Shown here: positions 1 to 10,291 of the stretch, piece after piece
How positions within the stretch are numbered: position 1 is the stretch's first letter
Layout of the letters: each line of letters opens with the position of its first letter
Virus record (IMG/VR): IMGVR_UViG_3300027908_000020
Coordinates: 124,545-150,580 of that record
From: a virus
Length of the DNA: 26,036 nt
Strand: one strand, 5' to 3'
Program-made: the position numbers and the translations under genes
Notes under the pieces: generated by a model
What the model was told of the DNA's origin: nothing
Database searches by the model: none
The model's input: the letters and a program-made list of their open reading frames with translations, nothing else

Positions 1-1
1 A

Positions 2-3000
2 CTAGATTCATACCTATTACCAATTTTATTCTCGTTAACAGATAGTTTATCTGCACTACCAACTGGTGGGTTATCTGGAGCTTTCGTATCTGCACTATCT
101 GGATTCTCACAAATAGTAAATCAAGTGAGACAAATTGTTAACTTGTCACTAACTAATGAGACAACTACCTGGATCACAAATGTTCAAAATAGCTTCGTTC
201 CAACAGCAGCTGCTGGTACGGGTGTTATTGAATTAACAAATATAATGTCGCTCAGCACAACTACTAGTTTAAGATTTGGGCAGGGTAGCTTTAATATGAG
301 CTTATCTGATCCATATGAGCTAATGCTTATAACAAATGATGATATAGAACAAGCTATTTATGATGCTACCAATACATCAGCAAATAATAATTTTTTCACG
401 CTGGCAGCTTCAACACTAGATGATACGATTGCTTTAAACAAACAAACCTTAAATCAACTTCGCGCTGCCCGCAACGTTAGTCCAATTACATTTATAGTTA
501 CAGCTGGACCATTCAACGGTGGACCACAATCAATTATCGCTGTAATAGAGAGTGCAGGAGAACAAGTAAGATTTACCGGATCTATTACCGGAGTAACACT
601 AGATCCATCAGCAACACAAGGCAGCCCCCAGCTTGGTGAGCAGGGTCTTGCACCAAATGAAGTTGGTATATTCAGCAGCATAATCGAACAGACATTAAGT
701 CAGGCCTCGATAGCGCAAAATGCGCGTCTACTGTCTAGTACGTTCCAATCAAGTTCCGCGGTTAGGTATACAAGAAAAAAGCTACGTTTGCATTACGCAA
801 ATAAGCTTATAATCCAGCCAATGGATACAGTACATATATACATAGGATCAAAAAAGAAGATAGACACTGGTGTCTCTAGTGCACTACAAGATTCATTTAA
901 TTACAATGGATTTATGCAATCTACATTGGATTTAGCATCAAGTATTCAAGAATCATTAAATGCACTTAATGGAAATTATTCAATAGAAAAAGATGCATTT
1001 GTTGGTCCAGAATTTCCTACATGGCTATGGACATGTTTTAGAAATTGGTTCTTATCTGAGCCAGATGGATGCCACGTTTTTGCAGGTATAGTAGATACGG
1101 CAAATTCTCACTATAGTAATGGACAGTTTACTGTGGCCGCGTCTGGCTCCGATAGTGCAGGATACTTTAAGTACGGTATAGTTAATATCAAGCCATCTAT
1201 TGATGTATTTAACGGACCGCTATATGATCCAATGACGCCGTTTGATATCAAATTTGATGCAGTTACAGGGTTTCAAAAAGAAGTTACACCAAAGCTGCTA
1301 TCAGAAAATGTTGAACTTTTCACATCAGCATTCATTAGAAATAAGAATGGGCCAAATGCAGGCGCTCCAGCAACAGCATCAAGTTATTTCGTAGCTGATA
1401 TTGAAAATTTTACGAACTCAAATGTAAACAAAATTTTCTACGATCCAGATGGAATGGTATACAGATGGAAAGAAGGAATAGCAAGCTATGTGTTTACTGG
1501 TGATACTGAGCAGCAGCAAGACATAAGTACTCCGGCCCTTACACAGGACCCATTTGCAGGTCTTGACATTCTAAATATACTCTCACTTTTAGTTGTTGGG
1601 CAGCCATATAATTATGCTACATACTATAATGCTATTAGTCAAATGGACGGAGCTGTAAGAAATCCTGTAACAAACGACGATCCATCGGCATCCTACTTTA
1701 GAACATTACAGAATAATCTAAAGTATAGAAATTTGTTATATGGAAATTTCGTTCCATTTAAGTCTCTTACAACAGATGAACAAACTTTTGCCCAAATTCA
1801 AAGTGGGCAGATAGCGGTACAGCAAGCTAATCAGCAGTTATTAAATCTAGTTCAGCAAAGGGCGTCATATGCAGATAAAATAGCTCAATTGACAGCTAGT
1901 CCAACTGGGCAACTTACAAGTACAGATCCTGGAGCGGCAACGAGCGCACAGCTAGAGCTTAATGATCTTGACCAGCAAATTCAAGCGCAAATTAATGCGG
2001 CACAAAATGCGCTACAATCCCAGAACAATAAACAGCAGCTTTCTGTAATTGGAAATGATGTTTCTTTTGATCCGAATTCACTTCTAAATACCAACTCAAC
2101 CAGTATAGATAATACTCAAAGAAAATATTTTAGAAGAAAGCTAGCACTATTCACCCGTAGGCTATCTTGGAAGGTCAGGGGAAATATGGACCCAAATTTC
2201 TTTATCATAGATGATATTTTAGATAAAGATTCTGACATACAATTCTTTATTAAAAACTTTGTTAATCCTGAAACTTTCAAAAGTGATTACACCACAGTAG
2301 CTGATAAGATTACAAATGTTGTTGATACATTAGAGATGGAGGCCTTTTCAAATAGTCAGGGGCATATAGAATTAAGGCCACCTAAATATAATAAGGTCCC
2401 AAGTTCTGTCTTCTATAAAATGCTTCAACTAGATGACTTACTAGGTATTCAAATTTTTCCACAATTTTTGAAAGATATGTATATCAATCAAATTCAGGGT
2501 GCTCTTAATGCTATTGAAATTGATGAAAATAAAATAAGAATTTATTGCGCGCAACTCGGCGCCGTTTCAGATGCACAATGTATATCACTAATTAATGGTA
2601 ATTCAAACTCTTCTGGTAGTAGTGCTGCCGCTGGATTCTCTTTCCTTTCAAGCGAAAGTACTGGCACAATAACAAATATTAATACGGCAACTCTAAATAT
2701 AAATTCCAATCCAGACCAGTTACTTGCTACTGTAGATTCAGCACTGAACACGGTTCAGAATCAGGTTGGCATAAGTGCATTTAGCGTTGCAACTCAGGCT
2801 GGTATAGTACAGTCGAGATTCATGCCACCAGCCTCACTAAATAATCCTACGCAGTTCTCGAATCTTGGAACTATTCAGAATATGCAAAGTGAACAAAGCA
2901 GGATAGCATTAGTACAATCATTTATTCAAAAACTCTCGGGCCAACAGTTCGATACAAGTCAAATACAAGTTTCAAATCCTGCAACAAGTATGGATATTCT

Positions 3001-4399
3001 AAATATCTTGAATACAGTCACTAGTATTTTACAACAGCGACAGAGTGATATTAAAACGGCAGCAAACATTTTGAACAACGCCCAGGAAAGTCTACAGCCG
3101 GTGCCAGATGGCACTGGAGCGAATACACTTCTATCTCCAAATCTGTATGGTTCACCAACAATACCGCAAATTTTTGAAAGCCTCATAGAAGATGAATCGT
3201 ATGATGATCTTGGTCCTGGATCCGCTGGTAGATATGTGATTCATAACCATGATGTAATTAGCTATTCGATATCAGAGAATCGACCAGCTCACACTTCAGT
3301 AGAAGTTACCGGAAATTTTGGTGACTATTTGCTAGACAATAGCCAGTTACCATCTGGATTAGATATTTTCCAACAAGGTAATGCAGTAAATACTGCAGCA
3401 GCTGTCGATTATGATTTGTGGAGAATGTACGGAATAGCTGTACCACAACCAATTGCTATACCTACATTAACTGATACTACACAAGCTGCCACATATGCTG
3501 TATCGGTGCTTAATAGAGCAAGAAAGAATATTATAAGCGGAACAATAGAGGTAATTGGTAATGAATATCAACAGCCTGGGGAAGTAGTTTACCTGGAAAA
3601 TAGAGATTTACTTTTCTACGTTGAGAGCGTCTCGCATAATTTTAATTATGGGCAGGGGTTCACCACAAGTATGGCAATAGGATATGGACACAATCCTGGA
3701 GAATACATACCAAGCCCATTTGATGTTATAGGGAAAGTTCTTTATAGAAACAGTAAAGATATGCCAACGGCATCTCATGCAAGGCAGGGGGATGTGTTCA
3801 ATCAAAATTATGTTGGAGCAGTTGTTGGTGATTATACTAATGGATTAACAAATCTAACTAACACAAGTGCAGCTACTAATCCTTCTCCAGCTACTTTATT
3901 AAGTTCGTCCTCTAACGATATAATATCTGGCCCCTACGGTATCGCTAACGTAGCAGTATTAAACAGTATTATTCAAGCGGCTGGAGCAGCACTGGCAGCT
4001 ACGACAACTAATTTTACACCTACACTAGAAATAAGAGTTTATTATAATTCAGTTGTGGATCCATTTACAAGTCCGAATTCATATGCTCAACAACTAGCTC
4101 AAGCCGTAATGAGCTATTTAACTGGTGGCAGCAATCTTCCAAATACAAATACAAGTGCCGCAATAAATCAAAATCCTACCTTATCATCATATTCAAGTCA
4201 AATAAATCTTGTTGCTGTAGATTGTAATGCAGATACTTTTAGATATCCATCTAGTAGTGCATATTATTATGGAAGAGATATCTTAAATAGAACATCTGGA
4301 ATTTCTGCTACTGGTAATAATCCGATTCCTCAAACGCAAATAGACTCAATGATATATAATTTTGTTGTAGACTGTTGGATTGTAACGAGTTCTAGTTAA
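2..4399 (+). CDS. Baseplate hub protein (T4 gp27 / P2 gpD / Mu gp44-like), greatly enlarged; 5'-truncated by the window edge
   Basis: The frame is open from position 2 (LDSYLLPILFSLTDSLS...), so the GTG at 125 is probably internal. Hub-type motifs occur in the expected order: IIQPMDTVHIYIG; VFAGIVDTANSHYSNGQFTVAASGSD; EMEAFSNSQGHIELRPPKYN; YVIHNHDVISYSISE; SGTIEVIGNEYQQPGEVVYL...FYVESVSHNFNYGQGFTTSM. It lies directly upstream of a spike-like gene. Confidence 0.75.
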   Translation, partial: LDSYLLPILFSLTDSLSALPTGGLSGAFVSALSGFSQIVNQVRQIVNLSLTNETTTWITNVQNSFVPTAAAGTGVIELTNIMSLSTTTSLRFGQGSFNMSLSDPYELMLITNDDIEQAIYDATNTSANNNFFTLAASTLDDTIALNKQTLNQLRAARNVSPITFIVTAGPFNGGPQSIIAVIESAGEQVRFTGSITGVTLDPSATQGSPQLGEQGLAPNEVGIFSSIIEQTLSQASIAQNARLLSSTFQSSSAVRYTRKKLRLHYANKLIIQPMDTVHIYIGSKKKIDTGVSSALQDSFNYNGFMQSTLDLASSIQESLNALNGNYSIEKDAFVGPEFPTWLWTCFRNWFLSEPDGCHVFAGIVDTANSHYSNGQFTVAASGSDSAGYFKYGIVNIKPSIDVFNGPLYDPMTPFDIKFDAVTGFQKEVTPKLLSENVELFTSAFIRNKNGPNAGAPATASSYFVADIENFTNSNVNKIFYDPDGMVYRWKEGIASYVFTGDTEQQQDISTPALTQDPFAGLDILNILSLLVVGQPYNYATYYNAISQMDGAVRNPVTNDDPSASYFRTLQNNLKYRNLLYGNFVPFKSLTTDEQTFAQIQSGQIAVQQANQQLLNLVQQRASYADKIAQLTASPTGQLTSTDPGAATSAQLELNDLDQQIQAQINAAQNALQSQNNKQQLSVIGNDVSFDPNSLLNTNSTSIDNTQRKYFRRKLALFTRRLSWKVRGNMDPNFFIIDDILDKDSDIQFFIKNFVNPETFKSDYTTVADKITNVVDTLEMEAFSNSQGHIELRPPKYNKVPSSVFYKMLQLDDLLGIQIFPQFLKDMYINQIQGALNAIEIDENKIRIYCAQLGAVSDAQCISLINGNSNSSGSSAAAGFSFLSSESTGTITNINTATLNINSNPDQLLATVDSALNTVQNQVGISAFSVATQAGIVQSRFMPPASLNNPTQFSNLGTIQNMQSEQSRIALVQSFIQKLSGQQFDTSQIQVSNPATSMDILNILNTVTSILQQRQSDIKTAANILNNAQESLQPVPDGTGANTLLSPNLYGSPTIPQIFESLIEDESYDDLGPGSAGRYVIHNHDVISYSISENRPAHTSVEVTGNFGDYLLDNSQLPSGLDIFQQGNAVNTAAAVDYDLWRMYGIAVPQPIAIPTLTDTTQAATYAVSVLNRARKNIISGTIEVIGNEYQQPGEVVYLENRDLLFYVESVSHNFNYGQGFTTSMAIGYGHNPGEYIPSPFDVIGKVLYRNSKDMPTASHARQGDVFNQNYVGAVVGDYTNGLTNLTNTSAATNPSPATLLSSSSNDIISGPYGIANVAVLNSIIQAAGAALAATTTNFTPTLEIRVYYNSVVDPFTSPNSYAQQLAQAVMSYLTGGSNLPNTNTSAAINQNPTLSSYSSQINLVAVDCNADTFRYPSSSAYYYGRDILNRTSGISATGNNPIPQTQIDSMIYNFVVDCWIVTSSS

Positions 4400-4401
4400 A
4401 C

Positions 4402-6492
4402 ATGGCACATAATCCTAAACCATCAAGTTTCTCGATATCAAGAGTGCCGGGATTCATGCGCCTTGGAACTGTAGACCATATAGATCCAAGCACTATGACT
4501 GCTTACGTAAAAATAAAAGATAATCAGCTCGGCCCGCCAACTGTTGTTACAGCTCAAATGCCAATGAGTTTTCTTTCCTCTGGAGGAGTTAGTACGGGTT
4601 CATCCGCCCGTACATCATTTATTGGGGGGTGGGTCGAACCTGGAACGCCGGTAATCATAGCTCAAGCAGAAAGCAGCGGAGCTTATTATATAGTTAATTT
4701 CTTGGCAAGAGACCCAATAGCACAAAACACGGTTGGTGCAAGCAAGATAAAAATTCCAGTTCTAGAGCCCGGTACGGTCACAATCCAGGCAAATGTAAAC
4801 GGTGGAATTTCTTTGAATGACGATGGTATTTATGTAGGAGAACCAAATAATCTTGTAACATACGATACTACAAGGAAAGTTTTACTAAATACATTTAGTT
4901 CCAAATATACACTAACTCAAGGATCTAGAGAAGTTACTGGAGTTGTTAAGCGAGACGTACGTCCATCTATTAATTTCCCAGATTTTCTTAGGGCTGCAGA
5001 TCCAAGATACGATGATACGCTAAAAATAATTGGTATGGATCCCGTTGCCCAAACGGATGTATCTAACTATGGGGATGATATTAGAAATCCAGCCAGAGTA
5101 GAAAAGAGAGAGGTGGTTTACGAGTACGAACAAGCTGCCCAGGTACTGAGTAATGATTTAGAAATTAAAAATTATAATCCTGACAGTACACCGGACAATC
5201 AATCAATCGTAACAATAGATAGACGCGCTGGTAGAAATGATATCTTAAGTCTTAGTCTTGTATCTCCAAATTATTTGATGGAGAGTGTTAAGGGCACTGT
5301 AGTAGATATATTTGGAAATATTGTAGATTTGAATAGAAGTATAATACCAATAGGAGATATTAACACTTCGGATCCAACAAAGAAAAGCGTATATTCAGCA
5401 GCTAAGATTAAATCAACATTAAATGAATCAAATATATTTCAAAATGCATATCAGCAAATAAAAAGAGCTGAAAGAAAAAGTATAGCTGTTCATTTTGAAA
5501 TGAATGCTAGAAATGAGCAGAGTGTTGCTGGCCCACCTAATGTGGATGATACTTCTGATTATGCTCGTGCTCGTAGTAGATTTTTTCTTGATGTAGATAA
5601 AGAAGGTCAAATAAAACTAAATGTCCCCGCGTCTTCTGAATTCGGTAACGTATCACTTCTGACTCGATATGAAAATTATTCAACAGTAAATCCAAATCAA
5701 AAATCTAATGATCCAAATGATTTAGTTTTTAATCAAAATAATGTAGATATTGTACTTGATTCATTTATAAATAATCAAGTTATTGAATTAGTAGATGATG
5801 TTGGAAATAATGCTGCGCCTAAAGATAGAGTTACAAATACATATATAATGCATGGTAGTGTGTACCATAATATAAGTCAAACCTGTAAAAGCTTTTTAGG
5901 TACTTCTCCGCCATCCCCAGCATCATTTGAATACACTGCAACTACAAGTCTTTCTGGCACATCATCTGGTCAGGTACCACCGCCAGGCATTCCAAATATA
6001 GTTAATCCAAAAATAATTGTAGCAGGTCCTCAAGCAAATGCTGGTGGTAGGAGTGCAAGTTTGAATCTTGATGGTTCTGTTGAAATAAATATTGGCGCAA
6101 ATACAGTAGATAGACAAAGTATATGGCTTGATACAGAGGGTGGAATGATAGCTAATTTTGGTCGTGATCTAAATGGAGTTAGCTTTGGCGCCAGCATGGA
6201 TGGCCAATTTTTATTAGAACTTGGCGGGAGACCAACACCAACTGACAGTAGATTTAGTGGAACACAAACCACGGCACTGCCAGGAGCTTTCGATATTAGA
6301 GTTTATAATCAATATGGAGAATTAGCAATTTTGAGAATTGATAATTCAGGTATACAGCTTACAACTCCAAGTAGGATTGTTATGTATGCTAATGATGACA
6401 TGCTATTTAGATGTTCAGGAACAATGACGCTCGATGCTGAACAAATAGTAGTACATAATAGAAAAATCAATAAGAGCGGCAATGATATATAA
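4402..6492 (+). CDS. Central baseplate spike protein (P2 gpV / T4 gp5 / Mu gp45-like)
   Basis: N-terminal OB-fold-like pattern (RLGTVDHIDPSTMTAYVKI...FIGGWVEPGTPVIIAQ...YYIVNFL). C-terminal short-strand repeats typical of a trimeric beta-helix (LAILRIDNSGIQLTTPSRIVMYANDDMLFRCSGTMTLDAEQI). Position between hub and gp25. Confidence 0.62.
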   Translation: MAHNPKPSSFSISRVPGFMRLGTVDHIDPSTMTAYVKIKDNQLGPPTVVTAQMPMSFLSSGGVSTGSSARTSFIGGWVEPGTPVIIAQAESSGAYYIVNFLARDPIAQNTVGASKIKIPVLEPGTVTIQANVNGGISLNDDGIYVGEPNNLVTYDTTRKVLLNTFSSKYTLTQGSREVTGVVKRDVRPSINFPDFLRAADPRYDDTLKIIGMDPVAQTDVSNYGDDIRNPARVEKREVVYEYEQAAQVLSNDLEIKNYNPDSTPDNQSIVTIDRRAGRNDILSLSLVSPNYLMESVKGTVVDIFGNIVDLNRSIIPIGDINTSDPTKKSVYSAAKIKSTLNESNIFQNAYQQIKRAERKSIAVHFEMNARNEQSVAGPPNVDDTSDYARARSRFFLDVDKEGQIKLNVPASSEFGNVSLLTRYENYSTVNPNQKSNDPNDLVFNQNNVDIVLDSFINNQVIELVDDVGNNAAPKDRVTNTYIMHGSVYHNISQTCKSFLGTSPPSPASFEYTATTSLSGTSSGQVPPPGIPNIVNPKIIVAGPQANAGGRSASLNLDGSVEINIGANTVDRQSIWLDTEGGMIANFGRDLNGVSFGASMDGQFLLELGGRPTPTDSRFSGTQTTALPGAFDIRVYNQYGELAILRIDNSGIQLTTPSRIVMYANDDMLFRCSGTMTLDAEQIVVHNRKINKSGNDI

Positions 6493-6501
6493 GAACATAT
6501 A

Positions 6502-8622
6502 ATGCCTTGTTCTCCTCTTACAGATGGCCAATTTAGTATACCCTCTCCAACTGGCGGACCAGGATTTGGAGGATTTGCTGTTTCGCTGCCATCCCTCAAT
6601 ATTCCATTTCCTCCTTTGCCACTGCAGGATTTATTAGCATTATTTAATGAGCTTTCTTTCTTCAAGCTTCCAATAGGTCTCCTTCAGCCTAGTTTTAATA
6701 CTGATTGGATGAAAGATTTATTAGCTGGTATACATAGTATACTAGAAAAATTTATTCCATTTTTGATGTTGTATAAATTTTTCTTACCTATATTAAAATT
6801 AATACTTTGTATTATTGAAATACTGTGTGCTCTAAATAATCCTTTTGCTGTTATTAGTGCAGTTGTAAATTTATTTCTTAATTGTATTCCAGAATTTTTA
6901 TCATTGTTCCCATTCTTTGCTCTGATAATAATGATCATATCTTTGATATTATTGATCATCGCACTCATAGAATATCTTATAAATAGAATTATTTTTATTA
7001 TTGAACTTATTATAAGAAATATATTGATCCTCGTAAACGCTGCGGCTCGTCTGGACGAAGAAAGCGTACTTGTGATTATAGTAAAAGTTGGAGATTTGCT
7101 TTGTATATTGCAGAACTTGTTTGTTCTCTTTTCTGCAATTGCAATAATAATTCAGCTTATAGAAAGTATATTACAACTTACTTTCAACATACCGCCTTGC
7201 AGTAATGGTCCTGGAAGCTCCTGCTGCGGGCCAACAACATGTCCTGCCTTCGTAAAAGATAATGCTGCCAACGGTATCACTAGTTCAAATGGGACATTCC
7301 TATATTACAATGAAGTAGGTATTGATTCTGGTCTTACACTGCCTGCTGGATTCCCTCCAATTATAGCAGTAAAGCAACCGGAGACCTGGCAGTTCTATGA
7401 TGCAAGTCTTACCGCTCAAGACCAGTTATTTACAAATATTCAAAATGCATATGATCTGCCTTCTGGAACACACATCGTATTTTTCCCAGGTGGAACAAAC
7501 TATACAAGCACAACTGATCCATCATCAGTTCCATACACTGTAGATTTTACTGTATTTTATGATCCATCACTGTACGGGAATCCAGCCCCCTATGCAGCCA
7601 AGGGCCCTCGAATAATTAAAATTGTTAATGCTATAGTGCAAAACGTACCAACAGTTGGAGTAGCTACATATAGCTTAACTACTGGGGCCCTAACATATAT
7701 TGGTCCTTTTAACGGTACATTAAACTTAATTGGTGGCACAGTTACCGAGGTAGATGGCACATCAATTCAAAATGCTAATGGTGGGCCAGCGACAATAGAT
7801 GAAATCTTCCACGCACCTATAAATTCAGTATTTCCTAGCGGTACTAATCAAGTAATGTACCAAAACATATCATACACATTCAATATAAATACAGCTGTAC
7901 TTTACGGAGCAAGCCTAGTAACTGCTGGTTGTATTCCAGAAGTATCTGCAGCTAAAGATTTCATTGCAACTACAGTTGGCGCTCAGTTCAATGCAAACGG
8001 TACAGCGCTATCCAATCTTGTATTACCTGACGTTGCTGGAGCGCAAGAATGCGTGCTAAATGCTGTTAACACGTATACACAAAGTATCTCAATAGAAAGC
8101 ACAAATACTTTCCAAACTACAGTTCTCAACTGTCTCAATAATCTTAATAGTCAATGCGCAAATTCTCTGACACAGGCAATAAGCGCCGGGTTCGATCAGT
8201 ACACAAGTACATTTGCACTAAATACAGATATACAGTTTACTACTCAGCCTATTACTGTTGAAGTGACGTTGAATGAGAGTTCTGGTAACGTAATTGCGGG
8301 AAATTTGCCAGCTACAACTGCAGCAACAATAGCATCTCAATTGAGTGGAGTTGCAACGTTTGGAACGCTGTCCTCATTTACATACGATGGGTATTCACTT
8401 TTCACCGCAACCATTACGTCAGCGGATCCTGGTAACGGTACTATAAAGGTTGCGTTCGATAATAACTTTATAAGTGTTCTAAATAATCCATCTGATATAA
8501 CACAACCACGCTCTGTAACTGTAACCGAAATACCATATACATTCGTTCAATCCGCACCACTCTCTGGTACACCAAGAAGAGATGCCGGAGATGTAAGTCG
8601 TGATGGTGATATTGGAGGCTAA
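6502..8622 (+). CDS. Hydrophobic, Cys-rich putative virion/membrane protein with C-terminal invasin (Big_1)-like Ig domain
   Basis: Residues ~40-228 are long I/L/F-rich helices (e.g. FLSLFPFFALIIMIISLILLIIALIEYLINRIIFIIELII). A Cys cluster follows (PPCSNGPGSSCCGPTTCP). The C-terminal GTLSSFTYDGYSLFTATITSADPGNGTIKVAFD resembles the Big_1 consensus. Function is not assignable. Confidence 0.6.
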   Translation: MPCSPLTDGQFSIPSPTGGPGFGGFAVSLPSLNIPFPPLPLQDLLALFNELSFFKLPIGLLQPSFNTDWMKDLLAGIHSILEKFIPFLMLYKFFLPILKLILCIIEILCALNNPFAVISAVVNLFLNCIPEFLSLFPFFALIIMIISLILLIIALIEYLINRIIFIIELIIRNILILVNAAARLDEESVLVIIVKVGDLLCILQNLFVLFSAIAIIIQLIESILQLTFNIPPCSNGPGSSCCGPTTCPAFVKDNAANGITSSNGTFLYYNEVGIDSGLTLPAGFPPIIAVKQPETWQFYDASLTAQDQLFTNIQNAYDLPSGTHIVFFPGGTNYTSTTDPSSVPYTVDFTVFYDPSLYGNPAPYAAKGPRIIKIVNAIVQNVPTVGVATYSLTTGALTYIGPFNGTLNLIGGTVTEVDGTSIQNANGGPATIDEIFHAPINSVFPSGTNQVMYQNISYTFNINTAVLYGASLVTAGCIPEVSAAKDFIATTVGAQFNANGTALSNLVLPDVAGAQECVLNAVNTYTQSISIESTNTFQTTVLNCLNNLNSQCANSLTQAISAGFDQYTSTFALNTDIQFTTQPITVEVTLNESSGNVIAGNLPATTAATIASQLSGVATFGTLSSFTYDGYSLFTATITSADPGNGTIKVAFDNNFISVLNNPSDITQPRSVTVTEIPYTFVQSAPLSGTPRRDAGDVSRDGDIGG
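8614..8618 (+). promoter_or_regulatory. Shine-Dalgarno site (GGAGG) for the 8625 ORF
   Basis: GGAGG 6 nt before the ATG, embedded in the last codons of the upstream gene. Confidence 0.7.
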
Positions 8623-8624
8623 TA

Positions 8625-10268
8625 ATGTCCGGGAACACTACCAATCCACAATATCAATATTATGATACTCAAAATATATTTGAAGTAGATATTGATTACT
8701 TATATAATGTATTTATACAATCAATTGATAATCAGCGTAGCTACTATAATGCACTTTCTCCAAGCTCATTAACATTAAACGTTCCGCAGTACCAGGAATC
8801 TAGATGTCATGCATTTATGCGAATGATGGGTTTCCCTGTGGTTGCATCAGATGGATCTTTTTATAGCCCCGGATATGACAAAACACTTAATACTGATGTA
8901 AACAGCACGAATTCATATCAGCAGATAGCTGCGAAAGCTATAGATAATACTGATTTTACCACATCATCTTCAACGAGGGAAGGCCTTCAAGCAACTTATA
9001 ATGCTGTTTGGGCCGCAGGTGGTGTAAATGCCACTGCTGTCTCTATAGGATCAAGATTTTTACGATCTTTTGATAAGCAGTTTAGTGATGATACGTCTAT
9101 TGGACCATTAGATTTTGATCAAACGCAGATACAGACAGTTGATGCTAGACTTGGTGAAATACAAAGATTTTTTGGAATATCAACTTCGACATATACTGCA
9201 CCTCTACTAAATATCAAGCAAAGTTTGTTAACTTCAACACATATCATAAAGCCATTCGCAGTCGATCCTAGAATAGACAGTGGTGTACGGCCCGCATCAA
9301 GGAGAGTTGCAGCGCCTTTTGCAACCGATAAGTCTCAATTGAAAGTATTCGACCCACAACAAAATAAAAGTATTTATGTTATCAGGCCTTACATAGAGAC
9401 AGTAATTTCTACTATATTTAATAGTACTAATATTATTCAGGCTGCTCCACAACCAGCCATAAATGCCGTTATAAATCAAATTACACTTGACCCCACTGTT
9501 ACAGACCAAGACTTAATTAGTATGGTTTCTAACCCTGGATTCACACTATATAGTTCACAAATATCTGCTTTCTCAAATTATTTGAATATAATAAGAACAT
9601 TAGTTAAACAGCTCTTACAATCAGTAAAGAACATTAATTATATACGTCAAAATATGAACTGGCAGCCATCTCCAAATCCAAATTTTGGGCCAGAAGTTGG
9701 GATAGAAGGCGGTACTGTATTAGCTGCTGTTGCAGGAGACCCTAATAATCAAGAGATTGAATTTGATATAATACAAGCATCACAAAAGCAACTCCTTAAT
9801 CAAGTGCAGTATAATATTGGTCTTTCAGGTGATGATCTTGGAGATTTTTCTTTTTCGAATATAACTGATTCAGTTTTTAATATTCAAAAAAGTGTTAATA
9901 CATCATATGATTATGTTATAAATCAATTAGATAATCAAAGGTCTGGATTAGGAAATAATGGTCTTGACGAGTTAAGAACTATAGAAATTATTATGGGAGA
10001 ATTCAGCGGGCTGGGTTTACTAGACATAGTAGCAATTCAGGCAGCTATGTGGATAGTTAACCCCAAGTATTTAATGGGTTTAATAGATTCTAGGGCCCTC
10101 AACAGATTGTCCCAAAACACAAGTATCTCCGGGTACCCGACTGGACCCAGTGTTTTAGCTTCGCTGACAGGATTCGAATCTGTGGTAAAACAAATGTATA
10201 AATTAATAGATAGCTATATAAAAGTCCTACAAACCCAAGGAAATTATACAGATATACAAAATCAATAA
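8625..10268 (+). CDS. Hypothetical protein, probably virion/baseplate-associated
   Basis: 547-aa ORF with a strong SD (GGAGG 8614-8618), 2 nt after the upstream stop. No family recognised. The C-terminal half looks helical. Confidence 0.6.
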   Translation: MSGNTTNPQYQYYDTQNIFEVDIDYLYNVFIQSIDNQRSYYNALSPSSLTLNVPQYQESRCHAFMRMMGFPVVASDGSFYSPGYDKTLNTDVNSTNSYQQIAAKAIDNTDFTTSSSTREGLQATYNAVWAAGGVNATAVSIGSRFLRSFDKQFSDDTSIGPLDFDQTQIQTVDARLGEIQRFFGISTSTYTAPLLNIKQSLLTSTHIIKPFAVDPRIDSGVRPASRRVAAPFATDKSQLKVFDPQQNKSIYVIRPYIETVISTIFNSTNIIQAAPQPAINAVINQITLDPTVTDQDLISMVSNPGFTLYSSQISAFSNYLNIIRTLVKQLLQSVKNINYIRQNMNWQPSPNPNFGPEVGIEGGTVLAAVAGDPNNQEIEFDIIQASQKQLLNQVQYNIGLSGDDLGDFSFSNITDSVFNIQKSVNTSYDYVINQLDNQRSGLGNNGLDELRTIEIIMGEFSGLGLLDIVAIQAAMWIVNPKYLMGLIDSRALNRLSQNTSISGYPTGPSVLASLTGFESVVKQMYKLIDSYIKVLQTQGNYTDIQNQ

Positions 10269-10291
10269 TTTGGCATACATTTGGAGCTTAT

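Noticed and set aside
125-127. GTG start for the first ORF
   Set aside because: The frame is open back to position 2 and there is no SD, so the true start is probably outside the window.
4402-6492. T4 gp5-type lysozyme domain or HxH iron-binding apex in the spike
   Set aside because: No lysozyme catalytic motif and no C-terminal HxH are visible.
6502-7190. Holin or tape-measure assignment for the hydrophobic ORF
   Set aside because: It is too long and multidomain for a holin and has no adjacent endolysin. It lacks the length and extended periodicity of a tape measure and carries an Ig-like C-terminus.
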